Source of the DNA: the human T2T-CHM13v2.0 reference genome, Homo sapiens
NCBI RefSeq assembly: GCF_009914755.1
Contig: NC_060928.1
Direction: 5' to 3' (one strand)
DNA length: 64,000 nt
Position 1 is the first letter of the stretch. Each line of letters starts with the position of its first letter. The position numbers and the translations under genes are program-made. Shown piece after piece: positions 43,191 to 64,000 of the stretch. The notes below the pieces were generated by a model, which saw nothing but the letters and a program-made list of their open reading frames with translations, made no database searches and was not told the DNA's origin.

Positions 43191-46100
43191 AAGATGAAGG
43201 AAAGAATCTTAAGAGTTGTGAGAGAGAAGCACCAGGTAACCTACAAAGGACAACCTATTTGATTAACAGCAGATTTCTCAGCAGAAACCCTATAAGCTAG
43301 AAAGGATTAGGGCCCTATCTTCAGCCTCTTCAAACAAACAATTATCAGCCAAGAATTTTGTATCCAGTGAAACTAAGCATCATATATGAAGGGAAGATAG
43401 CCGTTTTCAGACAAACAAATGCTGACAGAATTCGCCATTACCAAGCTACCACTACAAGAACTGTTAAAGGAACTCTAAATCTTGAAACAAATTCTGGAAA
43501 CACATCAAAACAGAATATCTTTAAAACATAAATCACACAGGACCCAAAAGATCATTCAAGGCTGCTATGAACACCTTTATGCACATAAACTAGAAACTTA
43601 GAAGAGATGGATAAATTTCTGGAAAAATACAAGCCTCCTAACTTGAATCAGGAAGAATTAAATACACTGAACATACCAATAAGAAGCAGCAAGGTTGAAA
43701 TGGTAATTTAAAAATTACCAACAACAAAAAGTCCAGGACCAGACAGATTCACAGCAGAATTCTACCAGACATTCAAAGAAGAATTGGCACCAATCCTTTT
43801 GACATTATTCCACAAGACAGAGAAAAGAGGAACCCTCCCTAATTCATTCTATGAAGCCAGCATCTCCCTAAAACCAAAACCAAAAAAGGACACAACCAAA
43901 AAAGGAAACTACAGACCTATATCCTTAATGAACATAGATGCTAAAATCCTTAACATGATACTAGCTAACCGAATCCAACAACATATCAAAAAGATAATCC
44001 ACCGTGATAACGTGAGTTTTACACCAGGGATGCAGGGATGGTTTAACATACACAAGTCAATATATGTGATACATCACATAAACAGAATTAAAAACAAACA
44101 TCACATGATCATCTCAATAGATGCAGAAAAAGTGTTTGACAAAATCCAGCATCATTTTATGATTAAAACTCTCAGCAAAACTGACATACAGGGGAATACC
44201 TTAATGTAATAAAAGCCATCTATGACAAACCCACAGCCAACGTAATACTGAATGGGAAAAAGTTGAAAGCGTTCCCTCTGAGAAAGGGAAGAAGACAAGG
44301 ATGCCCACTCTCACCACTCCTCTTCAACATAGTACTAGAAATCCTAGCCAGAGCAATCAGAAAAGAGAAAGAAATAAAGGACATCCAAATCAGTAAAGAA
44401 GAAGTCAAACTGTCCCTGTTTGCTAACAATATCATTGTTTACCTTGAAAATCCTAAGGACTCCTCCAGAAAGCACCTAGAACTGGTAAAGGAATTCCACA
44501 AAGTGTCCAGATGCAAGATTAATGTACACAAATGAGTAGATCTTCTATACACCAAAGGCAACCAAGCAGAGAATCAAATCAAGAACTCAACCCCTTTTAC
44601 AATAGCTGCAAAAAAGTAAAGTAGAGTAAAATACTTAGGAATATACCTAACAAAGGAGTCAAAAGACCTGTCTACAAGGAAAACTACAAATCACTGCTGA
44701 AAGAAATCATAGATGACACAAACAGATGGAAAAACATCCCATGCTCATGGATGGGTAGAATCAATATTGTGAAAATGATCATACTGCCAAAAGCAATCTA
44801 CAAATTCAATGCAATCTCCATCAAAATACCACGATCATTCTTCACAGAGTTAGAATAAACAATTCTAAAATTCATATGGAACCAAAAAAGGGCCCACACA
44901 GCCAAAGCAAGACTAAGCAAAAAGAACAAATCTGGAGCCATCACACTACTTGATTTCAAACTGTACTCTAGGGCCATAGTCACCAAAACAGAGTGGTACT
45001 GGTATAAAAACAGGCACATAGATGAATGGAACAGAATAGAGAACCCCAAAACAACACAAATACTTACAGCCAACTGATCTTTGATGAAGTAAACGGAAAC
45101 ATAAAGTGGGGAAAGGACACCCTTTTCAACAAATGGTACTGGGATAATTGGCTAGCCACATGTAGGAGAATGAAACTGGATCCTTATCTCTCACCTTATA
45201 CAACAATCACCTCAAAATGGATTAAAGACTTAAACCTAAGACCTGAAACTGTAACTCTAGAAGGTAACATTGGGAAAACCCTTCTAGACGTTGGCTTAGG
45301 CAAGGATTTCATGACCAAAAACCCAAAAGAAAAGCAGTAAAACCAAAGCTAAATAGCTGGGATCTAATTAAACTAACTTTTGCACAGCAAAAGGAGCAGG
45401 CAGCAGAGTAAACAGACAACCCACAGAGTGGGAGAAAATCTTCTCAATCTATACATCTGACAAAGTACTAATATCCAGGATCTACAACGAATTCAAACAA
45501 ATCAGTAAGAAAAAAAAAAAACCCCAATAAAAAGTGGGCTAAGGACATGAATAGACAATTCTCAAAATAAGTATACAAATGACCAAGAAACATATGAAAA
45601 AAGTGCTCGACATCGCTAATGATCAGGCACATGCAAATCAAAACCACAATGCAATACTACCTTACTCCTTCAAGAATGGCCATAGTAAAAAAATCAAAAT
45701 ACAGTAGATGTTGGCATGGATGCAGTGATCAGGGAACACTTCTACACTGCTGGTGAGAATGTAAACTAGTACAGCCACTATGGAAAACAGTGTGACGATT
45801 CCTTAAAGAACTAAAAGAACTACCATTTGATCTGGCAATCCCACTTCTGGGTATTTACCCAGAGGAAAAGAAGTCATTATTCAAAAAAGATACTTGCACA
45901 TGCATGTTTATAGTAGCACAATTCACAACTACAAAATTATGGAACCAACCCAAATGTCCATCAGTCAATGAGTGGATAAAGAAACTGGTATATCCATATG
46001 ATGGAATATTACTCAGCCATAAAAATTAATGAATTAGTAGCATTTGCAATGATCTGAATGAGATTGGAGATTATTATTTTAAGTGAAGTAACTCAGGAGT

Positions 46101-47569
46101 GGAAAACCAAACATCATCTGTTCTCAATGATAATGTGGGAGCTAAGCTATGAGGACACAAAGGCATAAGAATGTTACAATGGATTTTAGGGACTTGAGCA
46201 GAAGAGTGTGAGGAAGCAAGGGATAAACGACAACATATGTGGTACAGTATGTACTGCTTGGGTGATGGGTGCACCAGGATTTCACAAATCACCACTAAAG
46301 AACTTATGTAACCAAATACCGCCTGCACCCCAAAAACCTATGGAAAAATAAAAAAAATTTAAAAAATGAAATCATACAATGTATGGTCTTTAGTGAGTGG
46401 CTTCTTGTGCTTAGCATAATGTATTAAAGGTTCACACATGGAAGAGTGTATATAAGGACTTCATTTCTTTCTATTGTCAAATAGTACTCCAAAGTGCATA
46501 TATACTCATTTTATTTGTTCATTTATCAGTTGGTAGACATAGATTTTTTCCATTTTTGATGATTATGAATAATATTGATTAACATTTATGTACAGGTTTT
46601 CTGTGGACATATTTTTATTTCTCTTGGGTGTATATCTAGAAGTGGAATTACTGGATTACATGGTAAATGTATATGTAACCTTTTGAGGAATTGCTAACTG
46701 TTTTTCACAGTGGCAGAATTATTTTCCATTCTCACCACCAATGCATGATGGCTTTAATGTCTCCATAACCTTGTCAATGGTTGTTATCCTATGTTTTTTG
46801 ATTACAGCCAGTGTGAGTGAAGTGATATCTCATTATGATTTATATTTCCTTCATATCTAACAATATTGAGCATTCTTATGTGCTAATTTCCCATTATATA
46901 TTTTCTTAGAAAAATTTCTATTTTGATACTTTGCCCATTTTGATTATTTGTCCTCCTTTTATGGACTTATGCATTTAATAAATTTTTGACATAAGTCCCT
47001 TGTCACATATATGATATCCAAGTATATTATCTTATTTTTTTGGTTGTCTTTTTACTTTCTTAATGATGTCCATTGAAACACAAAAATATTAATTTTGATG
47101 AAATCCTATGAATCAACTTGAATTGGGTCACTTTTATTTTTAGTGTCATATCTACTAAACTATCCCCAAATGCAAAATCATGGACATTAGCACCCATGTT
47201 TCATTATTAGAGTTTTACAGTTCTATTGCTTACATTTAGCTTTTAACTTATTTTGAGTTAATTTTTGTAAGTGGTTTGAGGTAGGGGGCCAACCTCTATT
47301 ATTTCGTATATGGATAATCAGTTTTCTCAATTACATTTGTTGAATAATCTATTCTTTGACTCATTAAATTGGGCACTTTGGTCAAAAACCATAAATGCGT
47401 GAGTATATTCCTAGATTCCAAAATCTATTACACTGATTTGTATGCCTACCTTATGTCTGTATCACACTCTCTTGATTATTGTATATTGGTATTTGTCTTT
47501 AAAAGCAGAAAGTGTAAGCCTTCCAACTTTGTTTTTTATTTTAAATTGTTTCAGCTATTTTTTTTTCTT

Positions 47570-47574
<5 letters not shown>

Positions 47575-47608
<34 letters not shown>

Positions 47609-47718
47609 GCAGGGGTCTCACTACATTTCCCAGGCTGAACTAGAAGTCCTGGGCTCCAGCAATCAATGAATTTCAGCCACCTGAGTAGCTGGGGCTACAG
47701 GTGCATGCCACTACATCT
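47575..47718 (-). mobile_element. Alu monomer (FLAM/AluJ-like)
   Basis: Poly-T followed by AAGGCAGGGGTCTCACT...TGCCACTACATC. Confidence 0.75.
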
Positions 47719-47996
47719 AAATTGTTTCAGTTATTACTGTCTCCTACATATCTACATACATTTTAGAATCAGCTAGTCAATTTATGCAAGAAGTTATCTG
47801 GGATTTTAATAGGGATTGAATTGAATCTGCATAACAATTTGGGGAGCAGAGTATGGGCATTGTCACAATATTAGGTGTTTCAATACATGAGTATAAGATG
47901 CCTTTTCATTTATTTAGATATCATTTAATTTATTTCCATAATGTTTTGTAGATTTCACAGGGCAAGTTTTACTCTCCTTTTGTTAAATTTATTGAC

Positions 47997-48336
<340 letters not shown>

Positions 48337-48814
48337 TTAATTGTGATTGTTTTAATCGTTATTTTAGCCTAAATTTTTATTGCAATTAGGGAGAAATAAC
48401 TTTTTTTTTATTGATCCTATATCCTAAAACCTTGCTTTATTGGTTTACTGCTCTAATATTTTTCTAGCGGATTTGTAAATGTTTACTATTATAACATTAT
48501 GACAAAAGCCAATAAAGATAGCTTAACTTGTTTATTTCTAGTATGGAGTCTTTTATTCTTTCATTTTTTAAACCAATTTATCTTATCTAGAACCTCTAAT
48601 ACAGTGTTGAATGGAAGTGAGAAAAGCCAATTTAGTCTTTCTCCATTAAGTGCGGTGTCAGTGTGTGTTTTATTTATAGATACTATTTGTCAGTTTAAGG
48701 ATGTTTCTGAAAGGTATTGCATTAATCACATGATTTTTTCTGCCTTTATTAAAATGATTATGCAGTTATTGTCCTTATTCTAATGATATTACATATTCAC
48801 CAGTTTTTTGAGAT

Positions 48815-48896
48815 GTTAAAGTTAGTTTGCATTTCTGGCATAAAATTCCCTTCTGGTTAAAGTTAGTTTGCATTTCTGGCATAAAATTCCCTTCTG
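48815..48896. repeat. Perfect 41-bp tandem duplication
   Basis: GTTAAAGTTAGTTTGCATTTCTGGCATAAAATTCCCTTCTG occurs twice. Confidence 0.95.
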
Positions 48897-48939
48897 TATG
48901 TCCAAAGCTTTTTGCACATGCTAGGGTTCTGTTTGCTAG

Positions 48940-49024
48940 TGTGAAAGAAAAATAAAGAATCAAGATCCTAAAGTCACTATGCCAAAGGGAAAAAAGTTTA
49001 GCTTGGGAACTGAGTCACACAAAC
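48940..49024 (+). mobile_element. MER4-type LTR 5' stub
   Basis: TGTGAAAGAAAATAAA...GCCAAAGGGAAAA, similar to the LTR at 11237; cut by the next element. Confidence 0.65.
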
Positions 49025-52000
49025 TGTCAGAGGCATTCTAACCAGAGTGATTCCACCTTGAATAAGTCAGACAAGGTCAAACCTGCCAGGTTACATTCCC
49101 AGGGGATTGAGCACTCTTGGTTACAAGATACTCATGGTTGAGGGAATGAGTTAATGATGATAATTAACTAAATAAAGACCCAGAACTTATGAAAATGTCC
49201 CAATAGTTTGAAAACAAAAACTTCTTAATTTAAGAATTAGTTTTCCTTTAAAAAACTAGCCCACTTGTAAAATCTTGCTGAAATCAATAATACATAGGAA
49301 AATAACAATATTAATAGCCTGTCACAAGCTGATCACAAACCTTTGTAATAAAGTACAGTATTCTTAACAACCTATATAAGCAAGCACTAAGTTTAAGGTA
49401 GGGGTATTTCTCTTCTTGCTTTCTGAGGATGCCCTATTCTGTAATAGAGTAGTCTCTAACAAACTGTTAATTTTACTGTACTCTGCGACTCACCTTGCAT
49501 TCTTTCCCACATGAGATCCACAAACCCACCCTTAACGTCTGGGACAAGACCACTTTTCCAGTAATATTTTCCTCTGGTGACTCTGCTGGGACCTAAATGA
49601 GGTGAGATTCCAACCCAAAGGAAATAGACTATGCAACACCAATTGGCTGATTTGGGTAAGTGGTGGAACATATTTTTATACTCGAACAGAGACACTGTTC
49701 AAAATCGGTTTAGAGGCCCAACTTAGGACAGTTAGAGGCCCTTCTGACAGATAAGAGGTTTAGAGGCCTTTCCGAAAGCTAAGGGGGTTAGAAGCCCTTC
49801 ACAACAAGAAATGGGTTCAATGCTACAAAATGTTAATTACTACTCCCTTTCAATTAGCCCTCCCTGTGCTCTCTGTCATTCACTAAAGACTGTCTGCTGT
49901 CTGCCAATTTTCTGACTGCTGACTATACTTACTGTTTCTTTGCAGAGACCTTGCTTGATGGTCCTGAGATTTTTAACTTTCACATTCCTCATTTGTCTTT
50001 GGATTAGTGGCCCTTTACTTGTGTGCTTCGGCATGTTGCTAAAAGACATTAGAGATGAATGGCTCTGCAAGATTTACTTTCCCTATATCTAGCCCATTCG
50101 AATGAATTATTTATTGTCTCATCTCTCAAAAGATTAATTGAAATTTGGTACTTACAAGTTTTGGTCCAGTGTGCACGATTTAGCCCAGTAGCAATTATGC
50201 CAATCTCCCATGGGTGAACAGCTCCCAGAAGGAGAACTGGAGATTTCTTTTTGGAAATTCTTTTTCATCCCCTCACTAATCAACTGACCTTTATTTCTTG
50301 ATTATGAACAGCATGATCATGTAAGTTTTACCCTACTTACCATTACTATCCTTAACCTGGACATTCCTCTCTGGATGCATATCATTTCCCTTACTTAGTG
50401 TGACATTTCTTTGGTCAGGCCCTCTATTGTAGATTCTCTAGTTCAGGTGACTCAGCTCATTTATATTATGCGACTAACAAGAATGCCAGAATTAAGTCAA
50501 CTACTGAATCATTTTCCCTTGCTTGTTTAGCTCTGAAAGCTCCTTTATCCTTTTTAGTGAAGCTTGCCCTGTGGCAGCACTACCTTGTTCACAAGGATCT
50601 CTACCTTCACCTGCTCTGCTCCTGTGTAATACAGCTTTGATCCTGAAGAGTTCTGAGTTCTCCACTAGGATGTCTAGTAGAGCATTGGAACAAATTTCAA
50701 TTAGGTGAGCTTAAGAAAAATAAATTGACATTTTTATGTAATACTGTTTGGCCTCATTATGATTTGGAATATCAAGATAAATGGCCACCTAATGGAACCA
50801 CAGCCTTTAATATTATACATCAACTTGATTTGTTTTGCAAGTGGGAGAGAAAATGAGGTAAAATACCATATGTTCAAGCATTTTTATTGCTTAGTCAGGA
50901 TGAAACTTTACAGCAAGCGTGTGCATGTTTAATGAAAGGAAGGAAAGAAAAGGAATTAGATATACTAGATGACCCTTTAATGCAAGTCCCCTGAGTCCAA
51001 TGGGTGCCTTTGGGTGGAACAGTACCTCCCTGTGTCAGCTCTAATGCTTCAGGTGCATCTCCCTCTGTCTCTTCTAGCCCTTCTAGTAGTCCTGTTTAGA
51101 CACTTTCATTCCCTTCTCCTTACCCGTCTAGTCTAATTTTATACCTACCTCATTCTGAGAGGCCCAGTCCTATTCTGTAACTGTCACTCCCTGAGGAGGC
51201 CAGCCTTGCTAGTACTACCCAGAGTGGAGCCTCTTCTCAGTCTCCAAAGGAAAATCTTTGTTGGCTTAGAGAAGTGGCAAATGGGGAAGAGCGCACTATA
51301 AGGTCCCTTTCCCCATGTTTTTTTTTTTGGTCTTATGTAAAGGTTATTTCTCTGAAGACCCAGGAAAATGTATAGATAAATTTGAGAAGCTAATGCTGAC
51401 TTATAATTTGACCTGGTAGGATTTTCATATTTTGTTATCCACATGTTGTACAGTGGAAGAAAAACAATGAATTTTGGGATTAGCTAGAATACATTCAGAC
51501 AAAGTACTAGCCTGCAATCCTAATGATATCTATAGAACAAGGGGTATTTCAGTGCCTGATTAAGATCTAGGATTGAACTATCAAAGAAATAGGAGGGCTT
51601 ACAGAAGAGAGATCATATGATTACTTGGTTATTAAAAGAGAGGAGAGATGTGTGAAAAAGTCTCTTAATTATTATAAGGTGAAAGAAATTACTCAAGGTA
51701 AAGATGAGAATCCAGCATTATTTCAGGGAAATTTGGTTGAGGCAATTAGAAAATATACTAAAATTGATCCCATTTCAATGGAAGGACAAACCTTACTGGG
51801 GCTGTATTTTATAACCCAGTCTGCCACTGATGTCTGTCAGAAACTACAAAAAGCAGCCTGGGTCTGCAGACATCTATGAATCAACTTTTCAGTATGGCAT
51901 TTATGGTTCTTAATAACAGATACATGGCAGAGGAAGTGAAAAACTTAAGAGAGCCTCCTAAAAGGCACAGTTTTTAGCTGCAGCATTAAGCTTACCAACC

Positions 52001-52600
52001 ACGTGAGATCATCCTTACACTTCTTAGCCATGGCAAAGGAAGCTGGAAGGCAGAAAGCCACAAGCTGGGGTTCTAAGCACTGCACCTTGGGTGTAAATCA
52101 ATGTGCTCACTGTCATAAAATTGGCTATTGAAAGAGGGAACACCCAGCACTCCAAAGTGAGTCTTTGGCCCCTGAACAAATGATGGCAGTTCAAGAGTGA
52201 CAGGGCCCTAGAGCTTCTGTCACAGCTCCCATTGGACAATTAGCCATATCTCCAGAGGAGCTTTGGGTAATCATTGATGTGACAGGTAACAATATTAATT
52301 TCCTTTTGGACATGGGTGCTTCTTACTCTGTTTTGACTCATCATAATGGGCCATTATCATCCCAAGACTCTGTGGTCATGGGGATAAACGGACGAGCTCA
52401 TAGACTCCATTTTCCCTATCCTCCAAGCTGCTCTCCAGGGACTCTTGTTTTTTCGCATGCTTTTCTTATAATGCCTGAATGTCCTACTCCATTTTCAGGA
52501 AGAGATTTATGAACTCAGCTGTAAACTCTGGTTTTCTTCAGAGATCACAAGGCAGATGATTGATTGCTTTTACTTGTCTCCCATGATAAGGGAAGAAAAA
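49025..52600 (+). mobile_element. MER41-type LTR (49025-49566) plus class I ERV leader, gag and pro remnants; 3'-truncated
   Basis: TGTCAGAGGC...TTCCAGTAATA; gag KVKEITQGKDENPALF; protease FLLDMGASYSVL. Confidence 0.7.
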
Positions 52601-53210
52601 TTAATAGGAGACACTCTCATAATATCTTGCTATCTTTACTTATACCCTCTTTGCAGAAAGTTGAAATTTAAAAAGGGAAAAGTAACTAGGCATTCACTAG
52701 AATTAGGTTAACTAAAAATTTCTCTGCAGAGCTCCTTACTAGGCATAGGAACTACAGCAAGCATCCTGAAGGAGTCTCATTAGAGTGTCTTTTAGACAAT
52801 TGCTCCAAATATGTCCACATAGTAAAGAAAAGATGACACAGAACAACATACACAATCAAGTATACAACCACTACTTGGTAGCATTAGGGGAAATTCCATG
52901 GATAGATGCTTGTAGGAGCTATAAAAAGAAGTGGTTTTGGAAGGAATCAAAATGAGACAAAGACCTTAAAACTAGGAAAAAAATGTATCTACAGAGTTCA
53001 GGGAATTTCTGCTATAAAAATTAATTGTAACAATAAATTGTAAAAAAAATGACAAGAAAAGCCAAATTGTAATGAAAGTGATCTGCCTAGGTTACAGCAG
53101 AGGCAATCAATAAATTATTCTGATGTTCTCACAATGCAGAATATGAAGAATGTTTGCAGAAATCAATACCTGTTGAAGATTAACTAATGAAAACCAAATG
53201 AAGAAATAAC

Positions 53211-53298
53211 CAACTATATACAATATACAATAGTATACAACTATATACAATATACAATAGTTTACAATAGTATACAACTATATACTATGTATAATAGT
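53211..53298. repeat. Degenerate TATACAA minisatellite
   Basis: Repeated CAACTATATACAATATACAATAG units. Confidence 0.8.
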
Positions 53299-54059
53299 AA
53301 CATTTGCACCAAAGGATTATAGATATAGAAAATAAATCAAAATGATGTTTTATAATAAACATAGTTCAAATGTCCAGAGATGAAAAATAGTTCATATAAT
53401 ATATGTATGGAAAATGACGAGAACCATAAACATAAAAAGAAACACATCAATTCTAGAAATTAGAAATAAACTCACTGGTTACACTAAAATGTAATTGATA
53501 ACATGAAATAAAATGGAACTGAATGAATGAACAAAAGAACAAACAATAACAGCAGTAGAAAGAACTAGTGAATCTTTCTATTTTTCTCCCTGAATCTTGA
53601 CTCATAGAGCCCCAATAGGAATCACCTAATACTCTAGGAATTGCCACTAAGGTGATTAAAATATAAAAGTGTTATTTGTTAAAAAAGAAAAAAAAGCTGA
53701 ATTAGTGCTCTCCCGATTGCCTGCTTTATTCCCAAAACTCTCTTATTTCTAATTGTTTTACTGGTCTTAATCATTCATGCTATGTTTCACTGAAGTATTT
53801 GTGAAATATTTCATGTGTTTATCTCAATTTTGATTTTATCTCAATTTTGGTTTCATTCTATCTTGACTCTTGCAACGTGCATGTCCTCATTTTACTTTAC
53901 CAATCCAGCTCCAAAGACAACCTTCTCATAGACCTAGGATTTCTCATTAAATTTTTACCAGTTTATCTGAGCTTCATTGATCTTGTTTCTCTGCCAATTA
54001 CTCTGAGCCACTGTCATCATGACCTAAAATTTTTTCACAAATTACAAATTTACCCTTTA

Positions 54060-55428
<1,369 letters not shown>

Positions 55429-55998
55429 GAAAAACCTGACTGAATCATAAACAAAAATAGGCAATTAGATTAAAAATTTAGTATTTGCTAATTAAATCAA
55501 TGATAGATTTTTATATACTTTGGATTGGTAAAAATTAATATCACCATAGGGGAAGAACCAACTACCTGGCCACTCCAGTGCTGTATAGAGTGGCAATAGT
55601 AGAAAGATACACACGGGCTCAACAAACTCTCTCTACTTAAAACTAAGGTAGCTATTACTGAAATCAAAAATTCAACCTGCTAATATGTAAATTCTGATCA
55701 TACCTTTAGAGATCAGAGAAGTGACCAGTAGTGAGGCTGCAGACACAATGAAACAACTCTAATCTCACCTTGTTATGAACTGTATCTGCTGCTGTGTTGA
55801 AGAGCTTCATTTGCGTAAGATTTTGCTTTTTCTTCATCTGAATTTTACTATGAGGCAATGCACAAGATTTTAACAACCTATAGATACTAACTGATATGAT
55901 TTGGCTGTGTTCCCACCCAAATCTCATCTTGATTTGTAGCTTTTATAATTCCATGTGTTGTGGGAGGGACCTGGTAGGAGATAACTGAATCATAGGAG

Positions 55999-56342
55999 CA
56001 GTTTCCTCCATACTTTTCTCATAGTAGTGAATAAGTCTTATGAGATCTGATGGTTGTATAAAGGGCAACACCTCTTGCTTGGGTCGCAATACTCACTTGC
56101 CTGCTGCCATATCAGTTTCCTCCATACTTTTCTCATAGTTGTGAATGAGTCTTTTGAGATCTGATGGTTGTATAAAGGGCAACATCTCTTGCTTGGGCCG
56201 CAATACTCACTTGCCTGCTGCCATATCAATTTCCTCCATACTTTTCTCATAGTTGTGAATGAGCCTTTTGAGATCTGATGGTTGTATAAAGGGCAACATC
56301 TCTTGCTTGGGTCTCAATACTCACTTGCCTGCCATCATATCA
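55999..56342. repeat. Three tandem copies of a 114-bp unit inside the THE1 5' LTR
   Basis: Units start at 55999, 56113 and 56227. Confidence 0.93.
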
Positions 56343-57072
56343 GATGTGACTTTGCTCCTCCTTCCTTTCCACCATGATTGTGAGGTCTCCCCAGCCATGT
56401 GGAACTGTGAGTCATTAAACTTCGTTCCTTTTTGAATTACTCAGTCTTGAGCATATCTTTATTAGCAGCATGAGAAAGACCAATACAGTAAATTGGTACC
56501 AGGCCATAGGGCACTGCTATAAAGATACCAGAAAATGTGGAAGCAACTTTGGAACTGGGTAACAGGCAGAGGTTGGAACAGTTTGGTGGGCTGAGATGAC
56601 AGGAAGATGTGGAAAAGTTTGGAACTTCCTTAAGACTTGTTGAACGGCTTTGACCAAAGTGTGATAATGATATGAATGATAAAATCCAGGTTGAGGTGGA
56701 CTCAGATGGAGTTGAGGAATGTGTTGGGAAATGGAGTAAAGGTCAATTGCGCTATGCAAAGAGACTGGTGGCATCTAGCCCCTGGCCTAGAGATATGTGG
56801 AACTTTGAACTTGAGAGAGATGATATGAGGTATCTGGTGGAAGAAACTTCTAAGCAGCAAAATATTCAAGAGGTGACAGAGTATAAAAGTTGGGAAAATT
56901 TGCAGTCTGAAAATGCAGTAGAAAAGAAAATCCCATTTTCTGGGGAGAAATTCAAGTTGGCTGCAGAAATTTACATAAGTAATGAGGAGCCAAATGCTAA
57001 TCATCAAGAAAATGGGGAAAGTGTTTCTGGGGCTTATCAGAGAACTTCACGGTAGACCCTCCCATCACAGAT

Positions 57073-62540
<5,468 letters not shown>

Positions 62541-63847
62541 CACCTATGGATATATCTTGTCAGGTGGGTCACACAAATTGGGAAAATTTGCAGTAGAAAA
62601 GAAAACCCCATTTTCTGGGCAGAAATTCAAGTTGTCTGCAGAAATTTATGTAAGTAATGAGAAGCCAAATTCTAATCATCAAGAAAATTGGGAAAATGTT
62701 TCTGGGGCATATCAGAGAACTTCACGGCAGACCCTCCCATCACAGGCCTGGAGTCCTAGGAAGGAAAATGGTTTCACAGGCCAGGCCTAGGGCCCCCCAT
62801 GCTCTGGGCAGCTTCAGGACATGATGTCCTTCATCCAAGCTGTTTCAGCTCCAGCCATGGCTAAAAGGGGCCAAGGTATAGCTCAGGCCATTGCTTCAGA
62901 GGGTGCAAGCCCCAAGCCTTGGTAGCTTTTCTGGGGTGTTGAGCTTGCAGGTGTACAGAAGTCAAGAACTGAGTTTTGGGAACCTGTGCTTAGATTTCAG
63001 AGGATGTATGGAAATACCTAGATGTCCAGGCAGAAGTTTCCTGCATGGGCGGGACCCTCATGCAGAAACTCTGCTAGGGTAGTCAGAAGGGAAATGTGGG
63101 GTTGAAGTCCCAACCCAGTGTCGCCACTGGGGCACCACCTAGTAGAGCTGTGAGAAGAGGGCCACCATCCTCCAGACCCCAGAATGGTAGATTCACTGAT
63201 AGCTTTCACTATGTGCCTAGAAAAGCTGAAGACACTCAATGCCAGCCTGTAAAGTAGCAGGGAGGGAGGCCCTACCCTGCAAAGTCACAAGTGTGAAGCT
63301 GCCCAAGACCATGGGAACCCACTACTTGCATTAGCGTGACCTGGATGTAAGACATTAAGTCAAAGGAGATAATTTTGGAGTTTTAATATTTGACTGCCCC
63401 TCTGGATTTTAGATTCACATGAGGCATGTAGCCCCTTTGTTTTTGTCAAGTTCTCCCATGTGGAATGGCTGAATTTACCCAATGCCTGTACTCCCATGTA
63501 TTGAGGAAGAAACTAACTTGTTTTTGATTTTACAGGCTCATAGGTGGAAGGAACTTGCCTTGTGTCAGCTGAGACTTTGGACTGTGGACTTTTGAATTAA
63601 TGCTGAAATGAATTAAGGCTTTGGGGGACTGTTGGAAAGGTATGCTTTGTTTTGAAATGTGAGGGCATGAGATTTGGAGAGGCTGAGGGCGGAATGATAT
63701 GGTTTGTCTCCACCCAAATCTCACCTTGAATTGTAGCTCCCATAATTTCATGTGTTGTGGGAGGGACCTGGTGGGAGATAATTGAATCATGGGGGCAATT
63801 TTTTCCATACTATTCTTGTGGTAGTGAATGAGTCTCAATAGATCTGA

Positions 63848-64000
63848 TTTTTTTTTTTTTTTTTTTTGAGACGGAGTCTCACTCTGTCTCCCAAGCTGGA
63901 GGGCAATGGCACGATCTCGGTTTGCTGCAACTTCCACCTCCTGGGTTCAAGCCATTCTCCTGCCCCAGCTTCCTGAACAGCTGGGACTACAGGCACATGC
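63848..64000 (-). mobile_element. Alu (partial, runs off the window) inserted in the THE1 3' LTR
   Basis: Poly-T followed by GAGACGGAGTCTCACTCTG. Confidence 0.9.

Larger units (their letters stand above)
28161..46365 (+). mobile_element. L1PB (L1PB1-like), 5'UTR split by ERVs (28161-28618 and 41265 onward), endonuclease region deleted
   Basis: 5'UTR ATCATGGCAGATGGGATGCAGGACTAGATTGCAGCTCC; ORF1 remnants about 42200-43500; junction near 43547 skips the start of ORF2; RT motifs at 43784-44535; L1PB-type 3'UTR and A-tail. Confidence 0.85.

Noticed and set aside
49025-49566. MER41 interferon-inducible enhancer
   Set aside because: I could not find intact TTCnnnGAA tandem GAS sites in this copy.
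55999-56342. CRISPR-like array or repeat protein (ORF 56038..56250)
   Set aside because: Head-to-tail repeats with no unique spacers, inside a THE1 LTR in human DNA.

Overview
Human genomic DNA from the UGT2B cluster (4q13). The minus strand carries coding exons 1-5 of UGT2B17 (ATG at 27558; exons of 724, 149, 132, 88 and 220 nt, all GT-AG); exon 6 lies beyond the left edge. Most of the rest is retroelement sequence. Intron 5 holds a full-length L1PA and intron 3 a MER4-type provirus. Upstream of the gene is a five-layer nest: old L1M, then L1PB, then a MER48/HERVH48-type provirus, then an LTR2/Harlequin (HERV-E-like) provirus, then a 134-bp mitochondrial COX2 insertion. Further right are a MER41-type ERV, a twin-primed L1PA2-like element with a short 3' transduction, and a THE1 element interrupted by a deleted HERV-K(HML-2) provirus. 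Highlights: (1) the NUMT is fused in frame to a retroviral env signal peptide, giving an open 108-aa ORF; (2) the Harlequin 5' LTR and splice donor are placed to act as an upstream UGT2B17 promoter and first exon; (3) the HML-2 provirus has a fold-back U5 end and a ~180-bp target duplication. Family and subfamily names come from recalled consensus sequences, not a database search. No multi-gene novel system was found.
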